This document shows positions 18,282 through 27,106 of a stretch of DNA of 64,000 nt, in pieces. Within the stretch, counting starts at the first letter, position 1. Every line of letters starts with the position of its first letter. The notes under the pieces were generated by a model. It saw only the letters and a list, made by a program, of their open reading frames with translations, was not told where the DNA came from and made no database searches. The stretch lies in assembly GCA_947501605.1 (NCBI GenBank), contig CANMWZ010000010.1, positions 46,688-110,687 on the forward strand. Reading direction: 5' to 3'. Position numbers and translations under genes: made by a program. The stretch is from Planctomycetota bacterium. GTDB taxonomy: Bacteria > Planctomycetota > UBA1135 > UBA2386.

Positions 18282-19502
18282 TCAGCGCGCCGGGGCGGCA
18301 AGCGCATCGGGCCACCAGCGCTGCCTAGTGCCAGCCAGCCAATCCTGACCTTCGCGCCGCCACCGGCGCAGCATCGGTTGCGGCACGATTGCGAGCAGCA
18401 GCCGCGCACCTGCTCGGTCCGCGAGGGCGCGCTGCCCAGCGCGTTCGAAATCCTGCGCGAGTAACTGGTCCACGGTCCATCCCACCCCGTACTCGCGCAG
18501 CAAGAGCGCCGTGCCGAGCGAACCCCTGGTGTCGCCGCTGGTCTCCTGCAGTTGATGCCGCAGCAGTAGATCCGCGATGGGATCTGGATCCGAGGTCCGC
18601 GCCGCGAGTGCCAGCGCCCGGGCCGAGGCTTCGCAGCCGCGGTCGAGTTGTACGAGTGCGGCATCGCGCAGGCTGCTGCCGTCTGGGCTGCGCAATCGCG
18701 CCTCGGCTCGCTCGGCGCCGAGAGCGGCCATCGTCCGCGCAAGGGGATCCTCGGCACTGCGACTAGCCTTTGCGAGTCGATCGGCCGCTTGCTCGTCGAA
18801 GCCAAGCGCTTCCTCGAGTCTCCCGAGGGCATGGTCGAGCTGCGAGAGGTGCGGCGCATCGGCCTTCGCCTGCTGCAAGGCGCTGCGCGCGGCCAGAGGG
18901 TCGCCGTGTTCGACCTGTTGCCGGGCAAGCCGGATCAGCAACTGGGCGCGCCATGGCGAGTGGTGCGCGCAACATGGGCGCAGCATCGGATCTTCGCCTC
19001 GCGCGATGCCGACGGCGAAGCTCGTGGCGGCGTTCAGATGACGAACGAGGGCCGCATCATCGAACCCAGTCGAGGTGCACTCCACGCTCGGACCGGAGGC
19101 TCCTTCGCGCACGAGCACGACGACTTCCGCGTCGGGGTGTTGGAACCCGAGCAGACCGCGGGCCAGTTGGTAGTCCACTCGGTTCGGCAGCTCATGGTCG
19201 CTGGCGGGCGTCGCCAGCAATCGGCCGGCCGCCTTGGCTGTCCAACGACCATCCTCGCGGCGTTGGTAACGAATCTCGAAGAGGCCATCGTGCCGACGCG
19301 TTGCCGGCGCCATGGCGTGATAGGGCAGTGGGTCGGATCCGGGAAACTCGTTGCGGCACGCATCGGCGCACAGCCATGCGACGAACTCCACGGGCACCGA
19401 GTCCGCATGGGCAGTGGCCGTGCGCGGGACAGTGCTGCACGCCGACCCTGCAAACAGCAGGGCTAGTGCTTTCAGCGTATGGAAGCGCGGATGCATCGAC
19501 AC
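18282..19502 (-). CDS. Hypothetical lipoprotein with TPR-like repeats
   Basis: Signal peptide/lipobox ALLFAGSAC; Ala/Leu helical repeats; frame chosen over antisense ORFs by operon direction. Confidence 0.55.
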   Translation of the reverse strand: MSMHPRFHTLKALALLFAGSACSTVPRTATAHADSVPVEFVAWLCADACRNEFPGSDPLPYHAMAPATRRHDGLFEIRYQRREDGRWTAKAAGRLLATPASDHELPNRVDYQLARGLLGFQHPDAEVVVLVREGASGPSVECTSTGFDDAALVRHLNAATSFAVGIARGEDPMLRPCCAHHSPWRAQLLIRLARQQVEHGDPLAARSALQQAKADAPHLSQLDHALGRLEEALGFDEQAADRLAKASRSAEDPLARTMAALGAERAEARLRSPDGSSLRDAALVQLDRGCEASARALALAARTSDPDPIADLLLRHQLQETSGDTRGSLGTALLLREYGVGWTVDQLLAQDFERAGQRALADRAGARLLLAIVPQPMLRRWRREGQDWLAGTRQRWWPDALAAPAR

Positions 19503-19613
19503 GCGACCCGATCGGGATGCGCAGTGGGTGCCTTGAGTCCCGCGTTGATGCAGCCACGGGGTCCATCGCGAATGCCCACCGCGAACGTCGAACTGCGGCC
19601 CCTCGCACTGGCG

Positions 19614-19997
19614 TCAGCCGCGACCCTCGGCGATTGCGACGGCGAAGGCGGTGTCCTCATTGTGGGAAATACTGAGGTGCACGCGGGTGATGCCAAGTGC
19701 TTTCGCGCGGGCGCGCGCCGCACCGTGCAGCACAACACGCAGCGCGCCGCTGGCTTCGCGAACCACTTCGATCGACAGCGGCGTGATACCCAACGAGAAG
19801 CCGGTACCGAGGCACTTTGCGACCGCCTCCTTGGCGCACCAGCGTGCGGCCAGTGCTGCGAAGGGGCGCGCCTGTTGTTCGCAGTAGGCCCCTTCTCGAT
19901 CGGTGCACACTCGGGCCAGGATTCGGCCTTGGGATCTCTGCCACAGCCCGGCGAAACGCGCGATCGTGGCGTGGTCAGTGCCGACGGCGACGATCAT
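19614..19997 (-). CDS. acpS: Holo-[ACP] synthase
   Basis: MIVAVGTD, AARWCAKEAVAKCLGTG, HLSISH. Confidence 0.9.
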   Translation of the reverse strand: MIVAVGTDHATIARFAGLWQRSQGRILARVCTDREGAYCEQQARPFAALAARWCAKEAVAKCLGTGFSLGITPLSIEVVREASGALRVVLHGAARARAKALGITRVHLSISHNEDTAFAVAIAEGRG

Positions 19998-20479
19998 GGT
20001 CGCAGCTCCATCGCAGTCACAGTGAAGGGCACGCGGTGCATGCCGTACTCGTCGGCCCACCAGAACGTGACTTCGAAGCTGCCGTCTGTTCGCGCGGCGG
20101 CAATGCCCTGCAGGCAGTGGCGCCAAGCTTCGACCCGGTCGATCGCCGACGGCTGTGCTGGACCGTGGGGATGGCTGTGCGCGAACCCGAGCCACGAGAG
20201 GCCGCGGCGCTCCGTTTGGGCGACGGCCTGGGCGAACGCGATCGGATCGAAGCGGAATCGCGAGCGCGGTTCGGTGGCCAAGTTGTCGAGTGCAGCGAAT
20301 GCAGTGAGTCGCCAGGCGTCGTCGTCGCGCCGACCGACGAGCAGGCCGCCAACCTCGCACTGCCCGCCAAGTCGGACGGCGTCGCCGAGGATCGTCAGAA
20401 CCGCGGGTTCGACGGCGAGGGCTCGCGGTTGCGAGGGTGGCACTAGGTGCCGTGCCTCGCCTTCAAGTTGAGCTCGCAT
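19994..20479 (-). CDS. JAB/MPN (M67) metallopeptidase
   Basis: EVGGLLVG and JAMM motif HSHPHGPAQPSAID; start uncertain (20479 or upstream); stop overlaps acpS start. Confidence 0.8.
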   Translation of the reverse strand: MRAQLEGEARHLVPPSQPRALAVEPAVLTILGDAVRLGGQCEVGGLLVGRRDDDAWRLTAFAALDNLATEPRSRFRFDPIAFAQAVAQTERRGLSWLGFAHSHPHGPAQPSAIDRVEAWRHCLQGIAAARTDGSFEVTFWWADEYGMHRVPFTVTAMELRP

Positions 20480-20567
20480 TGGAGCCGCGGAGCATAGCGG
20501 CGACCACGTCGCTGCATCGACCAGCTCGTTGCGAAGGGCTACCGTAGTGAGGCTCGCGAGAACCCGC

Positions 20568-21740
20568 ATGGACGAACCCCTCTACGGCACGCCAATCCCG
20601 CACCACACGCCGACCGGACCGCTGTCGCCACCGCTGGCGCGCGCAACGACCTCAGCGCAACCAGATGCCGAGACCCTTCGACTGCTGGGAGCCGGACAGC
20701 GGAGTGGTGAGTTCTATCAACGACTGGGGCACACCAACGGCCGCATGTTCGAGAGCCTTGCGGCCGCCCGTGAGGGCGCCGACGGCGCCGTGGCGTTCAG
20801 CAGTGGGATGGCCGCGATCAGCGGCGCGATGCTGGCGCTGGTGCGGCGCGGGGATCGGGTGCTCATCCCGCACGAGGTCTATGGTGGCACCGCGGCGTTC
20901 GTCACGCAGGACCTTCCGCGATTTGGCATCGAGGTCGAGCGCTTTCACTCGCTCGATGACGCGGGCCTGGAAGCGGGCCTCGCGCGCGGCGCGCGTCTCG
21001 TGGTGCTCGAGACGCCGGTCAATCCGACGCTGCGGCTGGTCGATCTCGCCGTGACCACAGCCAGATGTCGCGCCCATGGCGCCATCACGTTGGTCGACGG
21101 CACCTTTGCGCCGCCGCCGATCCAACGTCCGCTTCAACTTGGTGCGGATCTGGTGGTGCACTCGGCAACCAAGTTCTACGGCGGTCACTCGGATGTGCTG
21201 GCGGGCGTGGTAGCTGGACGGCATGAACTGATGCGGCCCATCGAGGCCTTTCGTCGGCGCACGGGCGGAGTGCTGGCTCCGGATCCCGCCTGGCTGCTGT
21301 GCCGTTCGTGGGCGACGCTCGATCTGCGCCTGGCGGCACAGCAGGCCGCCTCGCTCGAGCTGGCTGTTGGATTGCAGCGACTGTGCGACGAAGGCGAACT
21401 TGCGGCTGCGATCTACCCTGGCCTACCGCAGCATCCCGATCGCGCGCTGGCGCAGCGGCAGATGCAGGGGGGCGGCACTCTGGTCAGCTTCGAAGTGCAC
21501 GGCGGCCACGACCGGGCGCGGCGCGTGTTCGACGCGCTCCAAGTCGTGGCGCGAGCTGCCTCGCTCGGTTCCGTGGAGTCCCTGGCCTCCCTTCCCGCCT
21601 ACACCACGCACGCATCGCTCAGCGCGGCCGAACGGCACGCGGCTGGTATCCCCGACGGGCTGCTGCGCATCTCTGTGGGATTGGAAGGCGCGGCCGTGCT
21701 GCTGGCGGACATCGCGTCGGCGCTTCGCCGCACTCGTTGA
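20568..21740 (+). CDS. Cys/Met metabolism PLP-dependent enzyme (cystathionine gamma-synthase/lyase family)
   Basis: FYQRLG, FSSGMAAI, ETPVNP, VDGTFA, HSATKFYGGHSD (PLP lysine), SLGSVESL, LRISVGLE. Confidence 0.9.
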   Translation: MDEPLYGTPIPHHTPTGPLSPPLARATTSAQPDAETLRLLGAGQRSGEFYQRLGHTNGRMFESLAAAREGADGAVAFSSGMAAISGAMLALVRRGDRVLIPHEVYGGTAAFVTQDLPRFGIEVERFHSLDDAGLEAGLARGARLVVLETPVNPTLRLVDLAVTTARCRAHGAITLVDGTFAPPPIQRPLQLGADLVVHSATKFYGGHSDVLAGVVAGRHELMRPIEAFRRRTGGVLAPDPAWLLCRSWATLDLRLAAQQAASLELAVGLQRLCDEGELAAAIYPGLPQHPDRALAQRQMQGGGTLVSFEVHGGHDRARRVFDALQVVARAASLGSVESLASLPAYTTHASLSAAERHAAGIPDGLLRISVGLEGAAVLLADIASALRRTR

Positions 21741-21761
21741 GTCGTTGCGCCCACGCCCGCG

Positions 21762-23423
21762 GTGCGCGAATCTGCGCGTATGGTCGAGACTTATCGTTCG
21801 CCCCGCGGTTCCCAACTCACGTGCGCCAACTGGCAGATCGAGGCTGCCTATCGGATGGTCCAGAACAACCTGGATCCCGACGTTGCTGAAGACCCGGCGA
21901 ACCTGATCGTCTACGGCGGTCTCGGCAAGGCCGCACGCAACCACGAGGCGCTGCACAAGATCCTGGCGACTCTCAGGCGACTGCAACCTGACCAGACGAT
22001 GCTCGTGCAGTCCGGCAAGTGCGTCGGCGTGATGCAGTCGCATGTCGATGCTCCGCGCGTGTTGTTGGCGAACAGCAACTTGGTCGGTGACTGGGCCACT
22101 TGGGACGAGTTCCGCCGGCTCGATGCGCTTGGTCTGATGATGTACGGGCAGATGACGGCCGGGAGTTGGATCTACATCGGCAGCCAAGGCATTGTGCAGG
22201 GCACCTACGAGACCTTCGTTGCCGCGGGCAAGCGTCACTTCGGCGGGGACCTCTCGGGTCGACTCGTGGTGACTGCGGGCCTCGGGGGTATGGGGGGGGC
22301 GCAACCATTGGCCGTCACGATGGCGGGGGGCGTCTGTCTCGCCGCCGATGTCGACGGCACGCGCATCGACAAGCGCCTGCACACACGCTACCTCGACGAG
22401 CGCATCGATGACCCCAAGCAGGCGCTGCAGCGAGCGCTCGAGATGCGGGCGCAGAAGAAGGCCTGGTCGATCGGCGTTGCCTGTAACGCGACGCAACTGC
22501 TGACCATCGTGCGCGACGCCGGTGTCGTGCCGGATCTGCTGACCGACCAGACTTCGGCCCATGACATGCTGGTCGGCTATGTGCCCGATGGCATGTCGCT
22601 CGAACAGGCGAACCTCCTTCGTCAGCGCGACCAGAAGGCCTACCAGCGGGAGTCCTCACGCACCGTGTGCAAGCACGTCGCGCTGATGCTCGATCTGCAG
22701 GAGCGCGGGGCGATCACCTTCGACTATGGCAACAACATCCGCACCGAGGCTCGCGATGGGGGCGTCGCGGAGGCCTTCCGCATCAAGGGCTTCATCCCGG
22801 AGTACATCCGACCGCTGTTCTGCTCGGGGCGTGGCCCGTTCCGATGGGTAGCGCTCAGCGGTGAGACGTCGGACATTGCCAAGACCGACGCTTTGGCACT
22901 GAAGATGTTCTCCGCGAATGCATCGCTACGGACGTGGATCGAGAAGGCGCAGGCGCGCATTGCGTTCCAGGGCCTGCCGGCACGCATCCTGTGGCTCGGC
23001 TATGGCGAGCGCGCAGCGTTTGGACTTGCCGTCAACGATATGGTGCGGAAGGGGGAGCTGAAGGCCCCCGTCGTGTTCGGTCGCGACCATCTGGACTGCG
23101 GCTCCGTCGCTTCGCCCTACCGCGAAACCGAGGCGATGAAGGACGGCAGCGATGCGATCGCCGACTGGCCGTTGCTCAACGCGATGGGCAACGTGGCCTC
23201 GGGCGCCACCTGGGTGTCCATTCACCATGGCGGCGGCGTCGGCATCGGCAAGTCGATTCACTCGGGGCAGGTCTCGGTTGCCGACGGTACGGAGTCCGCC
23301 GAACGGAGACTACGCCGCGTGCTCAACTTCGATCCAGCCTCCGGCGTCATGCGCCACGCCGATGCGGGCTACGAAGCGGCCGAGATCTTTGCCCGCGAGC
23401 GGTCGATTGACCTCGGCGGCTGA
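21762..23423 (+). CDS. hutU: Urocanate hydratase
   Basis: [59 protein letters not shown]; start GTG 21762 or ATG 21780. Confidence 0.97.
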   Translation: MRESARMVETYRSPRGSQLTCANWQIEAAYRMVQNNLDPDVAEDPANLIVYGGLGKAARNHEALHKILATLRRLQPDQTMLVQSGKCVGVMQSHVDAPRVLLANSNLVGDWATWDEFRRLDALGLMMYGQMTAGSWIYIGSQGIVQGTYETFVAAGKRHFGGDLSGRLVVTAGLGGMGGAQPLAVTMAGGVCLAADVDGTRIDKRLHTRYLDERIDDPKQALQRALEMRAQKKAWSIGVACNATQLLTIVRDAGVVPDLLTDQTSAHDMLVGYVPDGMSLEQANLLRQRDQKAYQRESSRTVCKHVALMLDLQERGAITFDYGNNIRTEARDGGVAEAFRIKGFIPEYIRPLFCSGRGPFRWVALSGETSDIAKTDALALKMFSANASLRTWIEKAQARIAFQGLPARILWLGYGERAAFGLAVNDMVRKGELKAPVVFGRDHLDCGSVASPYRETEAMKDGSDAIADWPLLNAMGNVASGATWVSIHHGGGVGIGKSIHSGQVSVADGTESAERRLRRVLNFDPASGVMRHADAGYEAAEIFARERSIDLGG

Positions 23424-23551
23424 GTCTGGCGGCACGCCCGACTTGCCCGGTCCGGCCCCGCTCGTATTCAGGCGCTGACACGGGCATCGCAGGCGACCGT
23501 TCGTGCTTTGCGCAGCGAAGGAAAAGTCTTGGTGGGGAGAAGTCCGACAAG

Positions 23552-24331
23552 ATGATGCACGGACCTGCCATGTTCCGATCCCGCAAGGCCAAAACCACCG
23601 CCGAGTCCCAGGCGCAGAACGATGACCTAGTGGTGATCGTCGATCGCGCCGTGAACCCGTACCTCGTGATGTTCCACGAGCCCGCGAGCTACCGTGCCGA
23701 GCAGATGCGGGCACTCCGCAATCGCCTCGCGACGTTGAACGCCGACGCCGAGCCCAAGACATTGGTCGTGACCTCCGCCAGCCGCAGCGAGGGAAAGACC
23801 GTGACGGCGCTCAATCTGGCGATGGCACTGTCTGAGCTCGAACGGCAACAGGTCGTTGTCGTCGATGCGGATCTTCGGCGACCCTCGATCGAGCGCTACC
23901 TCAACCTCAATCCGGGGCCGGGTCTCAGCGACGTGCTGCAAGGGGATGTTCCGCTGGAGAAGGCCCTGCGACCAGTTGGCTTCCGACGCTTGATGGTGCT
24001 CGGCGCCGGCACCCGCGTCAACAACCCGGCTGACGTCCTGAACGGGTCGCGGATCGACGAGCTCTTTGCGCGACTGAAGGAGCGCTTTCAGTACATCGTC
24101 ATCGACACACCTCCAGTGCTGCCGTCGACCGATGCCGGCGTGTTGGCGGCCCGCGCCGACGGTACGTTGTTCGTGTTGCGACTCGAGCACACGCTGAAGG
24201 GCAGTGCACGCGAGGCGCTGCGTAGCCTGCAAGAACTCGGCGCCAATGTGCTCGGCACCTTTGTCAGCGAGTTGCGTGGTCGCGATCCAGAGAGTGATCC
24301 AGATCTGCGCTACGACAGCGTGGAGGACTGA
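23552..24331 (+). CDS. CpsD/CapB-family (BY-kinase-like) P-loop ATPase
   Basis: EQMRALRN, Walker A TSASRSEGKT, A' VDADLRRP, Walker B IVIDTPPVL; no C-terminal Tyr cluster. Confidence 0.85.
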   Translation: MMHGPAMFRSRKAKTTAESQAQNDDLVVIVDRAVNPYLVMFHEPASYRAEQMRALRNRLATLNADAEPKTLVVTSASRSEGKTVTALNLAMALSELERQQVVVVDADLRRPSIERYLNLNPGPGLSDVLQGDVPLEKALRPVGFRRLMVLGAGTRVNNPADVLNGSRIDELFARLKERFQYIVIDTPPVLPSTDAGVLAARADGTLFVLRLEHTLKGSAREALRSLQELGANVLGTFVSELRGRDPESDPDLRYDSVED

Positions 24332-24337
24332 CCAGAA

Positions 24338-25132
24338 GTGGGCGGGTTCCGGGAGTCTCTGAAGCAGGCTGTGCGGCAAATCGCGTTTCGCACCGACCTG
24401 AACTCGCTGAAGAAGCAGGGTATCGAGCAGGTCAGCGTGCTCGGAATGGACCGCATCGTCGGACTCATCGAAGAGGCCGTGCACCGCAGCCTGAAGAGTC
24501 GGTTGGTCGGACTCGAACGCGAGGCCGTCGCGGATGCGACCAAGGCCGAGTTCTTGCGGTTGCTCCGCACGAACCAAGACTTGCAGCGGGAGAAGTCGGA
24601 GGTCGAGCGGCTCAAGGAGCGCGCCGAAGAGGAGATCGACCAGTTGCGTCGCCAGCTCGGTGCCGACAAGCAAGCATTGGAGCAGCGACTACAGAGCGAC
24701 TCGCTGTCGTCACAGGCTCGCTACGAGGGCGAGAACACTCGGCTGGTCGAACGGGTTCGCGAGCTGCTGTCGAGTGCAGGTCCGGGTGCAGGCGCCGCGC
24801 TGCAAGAGCAAGTGCTCGACCTGGTGTTCCAGACGGTCGACAAGGAACGTCGGTCCGCCGAGCACGCCCGCTCTGCGCTCCGCGATCGCGAGGTCGACAA
24901 CCTGCAGCGCCGAATCGAGAAGCTGACCAGCAGCCTCGAGACTACCGAGCATCGCCTGCGTCAGGTCGCGGCGATGAAGAACATCGACGACGGCATCTCA
25001 TCGATTTACCGAGAAGTGCAGGGCCTCAACGACGGCTCCGAGCAGTTCGGGAAGAAGAAGGACCTGATGTCGGCGATCTTCGCGGCCAACTTGCGCCTGC
25101 AGAAGAAGACCGGCTCGACGAACGGAAACTGA
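24338..25132 (+). CDS. Coiled-coil protein of unknown function
   Basis: Long E/K/R/L heptad-rich helices; sits tightly between operon neighbours; GTG start. Confidence 0.75.
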   Translation: MGGFRESLKQAVRQIAFRTDLNSLKKQGIEQVSVLGMDRIVGLIEEAVHRSLKSRLVGLEREAVADATKAEFLRLLRTNQDLQREKSEVERLKERAEEEIDQLRRQLGADKQALEQRLQSDSLSSQARYEGENTRLVERVRELLSSAGPGAGAALQEQVLDLVFQTVDKERRSAEHARSALRDREVDNLQRRIEKLTSSLETTEHRLRQVAAMKNIDDGISSIYREVQGLNDGSEQFGKKKDLMSAIFAANLRLQKKTGSTNGN

Positions 25133-25148
25133 CGCATAACCAATCTCT

Positions 25149-26234
25149 ATGAGCCAAAACGACAAGCAAGGTACGGGTGCGCCCGACACTCCCAGCAAGA
25201 ACCACGGCGTCCTCTACATCGGTATGGACCTCGGGACTTCGCGCACATCGGTCAGCGCGAGCAACGGCGTTCGTGAGACGGTCTACTCGGTCGTCGGCTA
25301 CCCGAAGGACGTCGTGAGCAAGAAGCTGCTCAAGAAGGACGTCCTGTTCGGCAAGGAAGCGATCGAACGTCGACTGTCGCTGAAGGTCTACAAGCCGCTC
25401 GAGAAGGGCGTGCTGAAGTACAGCGGCGCTGGCGGCATGACGGATCAGGAGAAGGACAACCTGAAGGCCGCTCAGGACCTGATCGGAGAAGCGATCCGCC
25501 TAGCCCGCCCGCGCAAGGACGAGTTGGTCTACTGCGTCATTGGTGCCCCGGCCGAGGCCTCGATGAAAAACAAGGAGGCGATCATCGAAGCCGCGCGCGC
25601 CCATGTCGACTCGGTGATGCTCTGCAGTGAACCCTTCTCCGTCGCCTACGGCCTCGACTGGCTGGAAGACGTGTTGGTGATCGACATCGGGGCCGGCACG
25701 ACCGACCTGTGCCGCATGCATGGCACGATGCCAGAGGACGCCGATCAGGTGATGTACGAGATTGCTGGTGACTCGGTCGATGCCGAGCTGTCGCGACTCA
25801 TCCGCGAGACGTGCCCGGGAGCCCAGTTCAGTGACGTCATGGTCAAGGACATCAAAGAGCGTTACTCGTTCTTGGGCGAGACCGGGGAGCGCGTGGTCGT
25901 CGAATTGCCAGTCAACGGCAAGCCGACGCCATTTGACCTGACGGATCAGATCCGCAAGGCATGTTCGGTACTGATCGATCCGATCGTCGAAGGCATCAGC
26001 AAGCTCGTTGCGACTTTCGATCCCGAGTTCCAGAGCCGGTTGAAGAACCGCGTCCTGCTAGCAGGCGGTGGTTCGATGATCAAGGGCTTGGACACCGCTA
26101 TCGAGAAGGCGATGCGCGAGCGCTTGGGCGGCGGCAAGGTCATCCGCATCGAGGAACCGATCTACGGTGGCTCCAATGGCGCGCTCAAGATCGCGCACGA
26201 CATGCCTGAGGAGTTCTGGGAGAAGCTGAAGTAG
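25149..26234 (+). CDS. mamK: MamK-like bacterial actin
   Basis: IGMDLGTS, SVVGYPKD, SEPFSVAYGLD, IDIGAGTTD, LAGGGS and C-terminal ALKIAHDMPEEFW match MamK-type motifs better than MreB motifs. Confidence 0.85.
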   Translation: MSQNDKQGTGAPDTPSKNHGVLYIGMDLGTSRTSVSASNGVRETVYSVVGYPKDVVSKKLLKKDVLFGKEAIERRLSLKVYKPLEKGVLKYSGAGGMTDQEKDNLKAAQDLIGEAIRLARPRKDELVYCVIGAPAEASMKNKEAIIEAARAHVDSVMLCSEPFSVAYGLDWLEDVLVIDIGAGTTDLCRMHGTMPEDADQVMYEIAGDSVDAELSRLIRETCPGAQFSDVMVKDIKERYSFLGETGERVVVELPVNGKPTPFDLTDQIRKACSVLIDPIVEGISKLVATFDPEFQSRLKNRVLLAGGGSMIKGLDTAIEKAMRERLGGGKVIRIEEPIYGGSNGALKIAHDMPEEFWEKLK

Positions 26235-26300
26235 CTCGCTTCGTCCTAGCCTGCTACAGAATGAAGGCGCGCGTGCCGGAGTCGCTCCGGGCGCCTTCTG

Positions 26301-27023
26301 TCATTCGAGCGCGAACTCGCGGCGCAGGATCGCCTGCAGCTCGAAGAAGTCGCGGATCTCCCACTGAGCCGTCGTGCGACCGTCTTCGGTCGCGTGCTTG
26401 CCGCTGCGGCGGATCCGCACCGTGTGCCAGCCCTCTTGGTTGCAGGGGTCGATGTCGTGCGTCGGGTTGTCGCCGACGTAGAGACACCGGCTCGGGTCGA
26501 GGCGCATGCGCTGGAGGATGCGGCGGTAGAGCTTGGGGTTCGCCTTGCTGAAGCCGATTTGATCGGTGAAGAAGACCGCCGACGGGGTCATGAACTCGAC
26601 GAGTTGCAGGCGCACGAGCTTTTCTGCCTGCTTGACGGTGATCCCGGCCGAGATGATGCCGCGGATCAACTGTGTGCCAGCCAGCCACTTGAGCACTTCG
26701 TAGACATCGTCGTGGACCTGCAGTTCGCGCCACTTGGTGTCGTGGTAGGCGACGACGCCGGCCGCAACGAGCACCGCCTTGTTCAGGCCCTGGCTGGCTT
26801 CTGCGGGAAGACGATCGACGACCTTGTCGAAATGGTTGCCGTAGTTGCTGGTGAACTCGGCGAGGACCTCTTCCAATTCGCGGAGCGCCGTCGTTCGGTC
26901 GGTGCGCAGTCCGGCGCGGATCATCGAATCGACGGCCGCTCGGCGAGCCTTGTCGGCGAACACGGTTGTCGAGAACAACGTGTCGTCGATATCGAAGAAG
27001 ATCGCGTCGAGGGGCTTGGTCAC
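26301..27023 (-). CDS. HAD-superfamily hydrolase (subfamily IA)
   Basis: DIDDTL (DxDxT), motif II ISAG, K in SKANP, VGDNPTHD. Confidence 0.9.
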   Translation of the reverse strand: MTKPLDAIFFDIDDTLFSTTVFADKARRAAVDSMIRAGLRTDRTTALRELEEVLAEFTSNYGNHFDKVVDRLPAEASQGLNKAVLVAAGVVAYHDTKWRELQVHDDVYEVLKWLAGTQLIRGIISAGITVKQAEKLVRLQLVEFMTPSAVFFTDQIGFSKANPKLYRRILQRMRLDPSRCLYVGDNPTHDIDPCNQEGWHTVRIRRSGKHATEDGRTTAQWEIRDFFELQAILRREFALE

Positions 27024-27106
27024 GGGCGCTCGCTAGGCCGGCGGCGACTGGAGGCGAACTCGCACCGAGGGCGGCGCTGCGGTCGTCCCGCAGCGCCAGG
27101 TCGAGA

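Noticed and set aside
21762..23423. hutU without other hut genes (likewise lone queE and amrB)
   Set aside because: Scattered pathway genes are common; partners are probably elsewhere in the genome
23429..23470. Promoter motifs upstream of the ATPase-actin operon
   Set aside because: GGCAC..TTGC spacing is wrong for sigma54; TTGCCC-N16-TATTCA is only a weak sigma70 match
25149..26234. Calling a magnetosome island, or a standard mreB
   Set aside because: No other mam/mms genes and no mreC/mreD in the window
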